Source of the DNA: Candidatus Omnitrophota bacterium
Lineage (GTDB): Bacteria > Omnitrophota > Gorgyraeia > Zapsychrales > Zapsychraceae
Assembly (NCBI GenBank): GCA_050250375.1
Contig: JBFWOS010000003.1
Span: 209,284 to 273,283 of the forward strand
Direction: 5' to 3'
Length of the DNA: 64,000 nucleotides
The notes under the pieces are model-generated. The model ran no database searches, was not told the DNA's origin, and saw only the letters and a list, made by a program, of their open reading frames with translations. Shown here one piece after another: positions 58,123-64,000 of this stretch (position 1 is the first letter of the stretch; every line of letters begins with the position of its first letter). A program made the translations under genes and the position numbers.

Positions 58123-59280
58123 TTAATTGTTATATACCTTCAACGTTTCCTCAGCGATATGGTCCCATGAAAAAGTTGTTTCGGCGGTCAATCGTCCGTT
58201 ACGCCCCATCCATTGGGCATGCTCCCTTTTTTCCAACATTGTTCCCAATCCCCAGTTGATCGAATCAGGCTGCGGATTGACCTTGTAACCGTTAACATCA
58301 TGCCAGACTATTTCTGACGGACCACCCTGGCTAGAGGCCACGACCGGTTTGCCGGCACTCCAGGCCTCAAGGATAACAATACCAAACGGTTCATTTCGGC
58401 TCGGAACGACCACACAGTCCGCCGTCTTAAACAAATCTTTCAGCCGCCAGCCGTTGACACTCCCTAAAAAACGGGTGGCATGATAAACATTTCTCTGCCG
58501 GCTCAAATCTTCACAATAAGAACGCATCCCGCCTTCTCCGGCAAACACAAACTTGGCATTAGGATAATGATATAAAATATTGGGAATACTTTCAATAAGA
58601 ATATCCGGCCCTTTCTGGTAAACCATCCGGCCCACCAAAAGGATAATCGGGTCATCCACCCCGATTTCATAAAGCTTGCGAACCGCCAAGGCATCAATCC
58701 AGCCGTCAAACTGGTTCACATTCACACCGTTATAGACTACATTAAGTTTATCATCCGGAGAGCTATATAGCCATTTTAGTTCTTCTTTGAGTGTCTTTGA
58801 AACGGCAATCACCCGGTTAGCGTGATAGATGCCGCTCCATTCCAGATGCGAAACTTCTTCGGAATGCATCCCCCCAAAATTATTCCCGCACCGGCCGTAT
58901 TCGGTTGAATGCATCGTCAGGATAGCTTTGTAATCGCGCATTTGTTTAAGCCAGATGATCACATTGGCGGTCAGCCAGTCATGCGAGTGAACAATATCAA
59001 AAGAGCCGCTATTTCTTTCGGTTGCCAGAAAACTTTCGAGAAAGGCCCGGCACATACTCTCCACATCATCTTTAAAATGATGATGAAAATGATATGAACA
59101 GCGGTGGTAACAAACTCCGTTGATCCATTCTTCCGGGGACTGGCCGTTGTCTATTCTGGTAAAAACATGGACTTCATGGCCTTTTTTGGCCAAAGCTCCG
59201 GAAAGGTCGCTGACATGCACAGCGATCCCGCCGACAGCGATCGAATGAAGTGATTCCCAGGAAAAAAACGCAATTTTCAT
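58123..59280 (-). CDS. GT4 family glycosyltransferase
   Basis: VGGIAVHV, HSHDW, HSTEYGR, GRMVYQKG, PSRNEPFGIVILEAW. Confidence 0.92.
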   Translation of the reverse strand: MKIAFFSWESLHSIAVGGIAVHVSDLSGALAKKGHEVHVFTRIDNGQSPEEWINGVCYHRCSYHFHHHFKDDVESMCRAFLESFLATERNSGSFDIVHSHDWLTANVIIWLKQMRDYKAILTMHSTEYGRCGNNFGGMHSEEVSHLEWSGIYHANRVIAVSKTLKEELKWLYSSPDDKLNVVYNGVNVNQFDGWIDALAVRKLYEIGVDDPIILLVGRMVYQKGPDILIESIPNILYHYPNAKFVFAGEGGMRSYCEDLSRQRNVYHATRFLGSVNGWRLKDLFKTADCVVVPSRNEPFGIVILEAWSAGKPVVASSQGGPSEIVWHDVNGYKVNPQPDSINWGLGTMLEKREHAQWMGRNGRLTAETTFSWDHIAEETLKVYNN

Positions 59281-59521
59281 AGTGATATTTATTAAATTGT
59301 TTGCCAAAAAACTATACGCACAAGGAGAAAAAGTATTGGGTGAAGATTGTTTTTCTAAGAAATAACGGCTGCAATCGGGTGATTTTTCTTGATTGAGATC
59401 TCAATCGAGAAAACCGATTATATCATAGTTCTTAATTTTAAGTAAACAATTATTCATATCCCGTTCATTGGCAGGGAATTATCTGTTTTTTCTTTGCATA
59501 CGGTAATTTACATAATACAAT

Positions 59522-59737
59522 ATGGCCATGAGAAAAAATAAAGGCCTTACACTATTCGAACTAACCATTGCGGTTGTGTGTGCGATCGTGATAACCCTGA
59601 CCCTTATCGTGTTCAATCGGCTCAACACGAAGAACACCAAGTTCTCGGATCACATCACGAACAGTCACGGCATTGACTGTTCCGTTAACGCCGCCACCCG
59701 CAAACAATGCGCCGAATTCGGCATCTCTAATCAATAA
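59522..59737 (+). CDS. Short type IV pilin-like protein
   Basis: KNKG|LTLFELTIAVVCAIVITLTLIVF; C-terminal Cys pair. Confidence 0.65.
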   Translation: MAMRKNKGLTLFELTIAVVCAIVITLTLIVFNRLNTKNTKFSDHITNSHGIDCSVNAATRKQCAEFGISNQ

Positions 59738-59744
59738 AGACAAA

Positions 59745-59978
59745 TTATTGAATGAACTGTTGTTCACCGAAACATGAACATTGCGGGCCTGACATCACAT
59801 TCCATTTGAATTCATGCCCGGGATACCCTTGAGCCGTGCATTCCTGCATGCACACGTTAGCTCTTTCTTCCGATTCGGTATTCTTTTTGTAAGCAAAGTT
59901 CAACAAATACGCGACAATAGGAAGCACAACGATAAGTAAAATAATCGTACGTATTGAAGAATTATTCTTTTCAGCCAT
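59745..59978 (-). CDS. Small membrane-anchored Cys-rich protein (CxxxC...CxC)
   Basis: TM aa 11-30, then CMQECTAQGYPG...PQCSC. Confidence 0.7.
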   Translation of the reverse strand: MAEKNNSSIRTIILLIVVLPIVAYLLNFAYKKNTESEERANVCMQECTAQGYPGHEFKWNVMSGPQCSCFGEQQFIQ

Positions 59979-60068
59979 TTTAGCCGCCTGTTTTAGGTTA
60001 ATAATTAATTCATGTTAACACAATTAGCCGGTAAACGGAATACAACGATCAAATAATTAAAACGGACT

Positions 60069-60338
60069 TCAAACGCTTTTGTACAAAACATATAGTATGA
60101 TGAGTGCCTGTAAAAATAAAACGCACCGGAAAATCCATTGAAATGATTTCTTAGCCGTCTTATGGCGGAATATCTTTTGCCCGGCCAAGGCCCCGACACT
60201 GCCTCCTAATAAAGATAACAGGTGCAGCCATTTCTCGGAAATCCTGTGTTTACTTTGTTTAGCCTTAATTTTATCAACCGCATAAACCAGGAATGTGAGG
60301 ATATTGATCGACAGAATATAATAGATGAGAAAAACCAT
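60069..60338 (-). CDS. DUF1294 domain protein
   Basis: YAVDKIKA..RISEKWL..LGGSVGA..FRHKTAK. Confidence 0.9.
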   Translation of the reverse strand: MVFLIYYILSINILTFLVYAVDKIKAKQSKHRISEKWLHLLSLLGGSVGALAGQKIFRHKTAKKSFQWIFRCVLFLQALIILYVLYKSV

Positions 60339-61190
60339 TTAATCGAAGATAACGGTTTTATTGTTATAACATAAAACTTTGCGTTCGATGTGCCAGCGCA
60401 CCGCACGGTTTAATACCATCCGTTCCAGGTCGCTCCCTTCGCGCTTCAGTTCTTCAAGAGAATCGCTGTGGCTGACCCGGACCGTATCCTGTTCAATAAT
60501 TGGACCTTCATCCAGATCTGCTGTCACATAATGACTGGTGGCGCCGATAATCTTAACCCCTTTTTTGTAAGCCCGGGCATAGGGGTTCCGTCCGGCAAAG
60601 GCAGGTAAGAATGAATGGTGAATATTGATGATTTTGTTCGGATAGCGCTCCACGAATAACGGTGATAAAATCTGATGATACCGGGCCAGGATTATCAATT
60701 CGATGTTCTCTTCCGCTAATATCTTCAGCTGCTGGTTTTCCAGCTCCGGCTTATTTTCCGCTGTGGCAGGGGTTTCAATGTATTTGACATCAAAATTCCC
60801 GGCGATATGCTTCGCATCCGGATGATTGCTGACGACAACAGGAATGTCGCAGTTTAATTCACCGCTCCGGTACCGGTACAGCAAATCATGCAGGCAGTGC
60901 AGGTGTTTGGATACAAAAACCGCGGTCCGGATCCGGTCTCCCGTAAAGTAGAGATTCCACTGCATATTGAACCGGCTGGCAATGGGAGAAAATGCGGCCC
61001 CGATCTGGTCTTTCTTCAGATCAAATCCATCGAGGGACCACTGGATCCGCATAAAAAACGTATTCGACTGCTCGTCAATGTGCTGGTCGGCATGGATGAT
61101 GTTTCCGTTATGTTTAAAAACAAAATCCGACACTGTGGCGGTAATCCCGCGCTGATCAGCCGATGAGATCAACAATATCGCATCGTTCAC
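60339..61190 (-). CDS. purU: Formyltetrahydrofolate deformylase
   Basis: N-terminal ACT domain, VSKHLHCL, INIHHSFLPAF, GVKIIGATSHYVTADLDEGPIIEQD. Confidence 0.96.
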   Translation of the reverse strand: MNDAILLISSADQRGITATVSDFVFKHNGNIIHADQHIDEQSNTFFMRIQWSLDGFDLKKDQIGAAFSPIASRFNMQWNLYFTGDRIRTAVFVSKHLHCLHDLLYRYRSGELNCDIPVVVSNHPDAKHIAGNFDVKYIETPATAENKPELENQQLKILAEENIELIILARYHQILSPLFVERYPNKIINIHHSFLPAFAGRNPYARAYKKGVKIIGATSHYVTADLDEGPIIEQDTVRVSHSDSLEELKREGSDLERMVLNRAVRWHIERKVLCYNNKTVIFD

Positions 61191-61256
61191 AAGAGTATTC
61201 CTTTCTCATTTGAAATTCATAGAAAATATCGTTGCATAGATCATGGGAAAGATCAA

Positions 61257-62573
61257 TCAGTGATTTTCCCGGCTAAGAATATCAACCAGCTCTTCGAGAG
61301 CTTTTTTCGATTCCTGAAACAAGGCCGTCGATTTAAAGTCATGGATTTCCAATGTTGCCCTGTAATGCCGGACGACCCAATCTTCAAGGATCCGGAACTT
61401 CCGGTCATCCAATAAAAAACCCGGATTGACCTGTTCCAGTTCATCATCCGTCAGCGGGACCCGCAAACGCAGGCAGGCCGGACCTCCGCCGTTAAGCATA
61501 CTCTGTTTTAAGGAAACAAATTTGACTTCGTCAACGGGGTTGTCGGAATGCAATATATTTTCAATGACTTCTTTCGACCGGCCGTCTTCAGATTCAACCG
61601 GGGCAATCAAAAGCATTTTTCCGTCAGGTTTGGTGACCAGTTGACTATTAAACAAATAAGAACCGACCGCCTCCTCGACCGTAAGCTGGGAATCCGTCAC
61701 TTTAATCAAAAACAATTCCGTTGCGTTAAGCCGCTCAAACTTGGCCTTGATTTCTTCCATTAATCGCTCCGTATCACTATAAGCCTGCTCATGAAAAATA
61801 AAGACGTTTTCATTACTCATCGCGATCACGTCGTTATGAAAAACACCCTGTTCAATCACCGCCGGATTCTGCCGGGCCAGGACAACCTGATCCTGGTCTA
61901 ACCGGTGATTCCGGATTATCTGTTGCGCGGCGGCAAGACACTGGCGCGCCGGATACTTTAAGGCTGACTCCTCTTCTTCTCCTTTTCCATATACAAAAAT
62001 ATGCAGACCTTTATCCCCATGCCGGGCGCATAAACGCATGTGATTGGCCGCCCCTTCATCACACATATGCCGATCCTCAAGAGATGGATGAACAATAAAC
62101 CGGTCGGAAGGAAATATCTGTTTCAAAAACTCATAAGTCTGGCCTGATTCATACGAACGGTGTTCATATGAAAAAAGATTGGCCGGTGTAATGTGTACTT
62201 TTGAATCGCCGGTATCAATGGATGGCGTGACCGTGGCCGCGTTAGCCACCCACATCGAAGAAGCGCTGGAGGCCGTCAGTAAAAGATTAAAATTATGCTG
62301 CACCGCTTTAATGATGATTTCCTGGTCATCACCGGTATAACCATGTTGCCGCAATATGTCGACATTCGGCCTGGTCTGTGGAGGAATGAACCCCTGCCTG
62401 ATCCCGTGCGAATAAACCAACTTCATCTTGGAAAGTCCTTCCAGGGCGGCCTGCCGGGGATGGGATACTGAATGCCGGTTGTTCATGGAAGCGATATTCC
62501 CGAAGGCCAGCCCGGAAAAATTGTGTGTCGGGCCGATCAGCCCGTCAAAGTTGACTTCATGAACTTTGTTCAT
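61257..62573 (-). CDS. astB: N-succinylarginine dihydrolase
   Basis: EVNFDGLIGPTHN, SASSMWVANAATV, DEGAANH, GVFHNDVI, SYLFNSQL, SMLNGGGPACLRLRV. Confidence 0.95.
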   Translation of the reverse strand: MNKVHEVNFDGLIGPTHNFSGLAFGNIASMNNRHSVSHPRQAALEGLSKMKLVYSHGIRQGFIPPQTRPNVDILRQHGYTGDDQEIIIKAVQHNFNLLLTASSASSMWVANAATVTPSIDTGDSKVHITPANLFSYEHRSYESGQTYEFLKQIFPSDRFIVHPSLEDRHMCDEGAANHMRLCARHGDKGLHIFVYGKGEEEESALKYPARQCLAAAQQIIRNHRLDQDQVVLARQNPAVIEQGVFHNDVIAMSNENVFIFHEQAYSDTERLMEEIKAKFERLNATELFLIKVTDSQLTVEEAVGSYLFNSQLVTKPDGKMLLIAPVESEDGRSKEVIENILHSDNPVDEVKFVSLKQSMLNGGGPACLRLRVPLTDDELEQVNPGFLLDDRKFRILEDWVVRHYRATLEIHDFKSTALFQESKKALEELVDILSRENH

Positions 62574-62575
62574 AA

Positions 62576-63415
62576 TTAAACACTTTTCTTTTTGTTGTCC
62601 GTACTTTCAAAGATCTTGTCAGCCGATTGCGCGACAAAACCTGAAAACAGTTTTCCGTTAGGCAACGGATACCTCCGGGCGAACTCGTAATAACAGGCCG
62701 GAATTGTTTTGGTCTGATCAGAAAATTTTACTTCGACCTGATGCGCCAGCGTTGACGATTGTTCCAGAAATTCCTGCGGCGACCCTTTGATTTCCCCGCC
62801 GGAAGCATTTAAAGGATATCCGCTGTTTTTGATAAATTTGTTAAAATCCTGCAAATCTTTAAATGTTTTAAGCGCATTAAACAGGACAGTAAAATGGTTC
62901 GCCCTGAACCCAAAGACAGACATCCAGCCGGCATATTCACTTTCTTCCTTCAATTGATGGTAAGTGTCATAAGAAACACTTTTCCAGATCCGCCCGCTGA
63001 CCGGAAAGTCGTCGGCCGTGACGGCTTTGGAAGAAACCTGATCGACCAATCCTTCGATTGTCTCCTTAAGGTAGGGAGAACATTCTTCCAATTTTAATTC
63101 ACTGATGAAGACCCGCGGGTATTGCGGATCTTTATGTTCAAAATGTTTCGCGAACAGTTTCTTGGAGGGAAATTCATACTCCCCGCTGGCCTGATATCCA
63201 TGTTTCGTGAAATGCGCCGCGACCGCATCTATACCCACTTTCTTGATATTAAATGTCCGAAACGCAATGTGGTCATTAAGAATGACTTCGCCTCGCTTCT
63301 GGAGCAGTTGATGAATCTCCATGGCCTGTTTGTTCATGCCTGCATAGTCGTCCCACAATGCCTTTAACAAATCATCGAGATTTTTCATTTTCTCTTCTCC
63401 CATCTTGTTCATCAC
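62576..63415 (-). CDS. DUF1338 family protein (HglS/YdcJ-like)
   Basis: NDHIAFRTF, PRVFISEL, ESEYAGW, NHFTV, LEQSST, YYEFARR, ADKIFEST. Confidence 0.88.
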   Translation of the reverse strand: MMNKMGEEKMKNLDDLLKALWDDYAGMNKQAMEIHQLLQKRGEVILNDHIAFRTFNIKKVGIDAVAAHFTKHGYQASGEYEFPSKKLFAKHFEHKDPQYPRVFISELKLEECSPYLKETIEGLVDQVSSKAVTADDFPVSGRIWKSVSYDTYHQLKEESEYAGWMSVFGFRANHFTVLFNALKTFKDLQDFNKFIKNSGYPLNASGGEIKGSPQEFLEQSSTLAHQVEVKFSDQTKTIPACYYEFARRYPLPNGKLFSGFVAQSADKIFESTDNKKKSV

Positions 63416-63465
63416 TTCCTTTTCAGAAGGAACTGACGAGGTTAGCCATCAAAGATGGCGACCTT

Positions 63466-64000
63466 TTAATCAATGACAATTCCCGGTAACATCGTTTCCG
63501 GTAAATCCAACTCAGGAAATTCCATCGTTGCCACAGGATAAGAACAATAATCCGCCGCAAAATAAGCGCTCGGCCGGTGGTTTCCGCTTTTACCAATTCC
63601 TCCGAAAGGTGCTTTAGAGGATGCCCCCGTAGTCGGACGGTTCCAGTTAACAATCCCGGCCCGGGACAAATTAAAAAACTTTTGGTATTCTTCTTTTTTG
63701 TTCGTCAATATTCCCGCAGCCAATCCATAATTCGTGTTATTTGCTTCTGCGATGGCCTCATCCAAATCATTGACCTGAACCACCTGCAAAAGCGGACCGA
63801 AGATTTCGACATCAACTTTTTTGGGAATCGCATTAACATCCATCAGGCCCGGCGTCAGCATCGCCCGTCCGTCGACCAGCTTCATCGGAAATAAAATCTG
63901 ACCACCCATTTGCACCAGACGCACCTGCCAATCCAGGATTGTTTGGGCGGATCGTTTTGAAATGACCGGACCCATAAACGGTTGCGGTGATTCATCATAA
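63466..64000 (-). CDS. astD: Succinylglutamate-semialdehyde dehydrogenase (C-terminal part; runs off window end)
   Basis: EIFGPLL, RAGIVNWNRPTTGASS, PFGGIGKSGNHRPSAYFAADYCSYP; same operon as astB. Confidence 0.9.
   Translation of the reverse strand, partial: YDESPQPFMGPVISKRSAQTILDWQVRLVQMGGQILFPMKLVDGRAMLTPGLMDVNAIPKKVDVEIFGPLLQVVQVNDLDEAIAEANNTNYGLAAGILTNKKEEYQKFFNLSRAGIVNWNRPTTGASSKAPFGGIGKSGNHRPSAYFAADYCSYPVATMEFPELDLPETMLPGIVID

Overview
Gene-dense, mostly minus-strand window from a diderm bacterium. Lgt, porins, a PEP-CTERM protein and minor pilins fit a PVC-type lineage such as Ca. Omnitrophota (inference, not tested). Contents in order: (1) 1-15.2 kb, a nitrate/nitrite assimilation island: PAS-LuxR regulator, nirBD, NrtABCD-type ABC transporter, a ligand-less Rieske protein, a DmsB-DmsC-type Fe-S/membrane-anchor fusion, a Mo-bis-PGD nitrate reductase, an alginate-export-type porin, MOSC and mobA. 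Two leaders carry ANTAR-type hexaloop hairpins overlapping terminators, and the nirB leader has two terminators in series. (2) A housekeeping operon (lgt, sufE, dcd, moaB, folE2, Nudix) headed by a HAD hydrolase whose catalytic motifs are in a rearranged order. (3) MoxR-DUF58-transglutaminase, rlpA, envelope proteins and a MurF-like ligase. (4) A Pho regulon (porin, pstSCAB, phoU, phoRB) with three Pho-box-like arrays. (5) A DNA-repair cluster (EndoQ-like, short UvrD, PA0069-like radical SAM) whose proteins all end in a beta-clamp-type motif. (6) A PEP-CTERM gene and a minor-pilin operon behind a c-di-GMP-I riboswitch. (7) PLD, ppa, a candidate sRNA, a DUF1016N-SNase gene and a decayed DNA methyltransferase. 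(8) An alpha-glucan operon (GT4, DUF4912, GH57, DUF2934). (9) A mini-pilin, a membrane-anchored defensin-like peptide, purU and astB-DUF1338-astD. No rRNA, tRNA, CRISPR array or intact transposase/integrase was seen. All family calls come from motif recognition by eye; no database searches were run.
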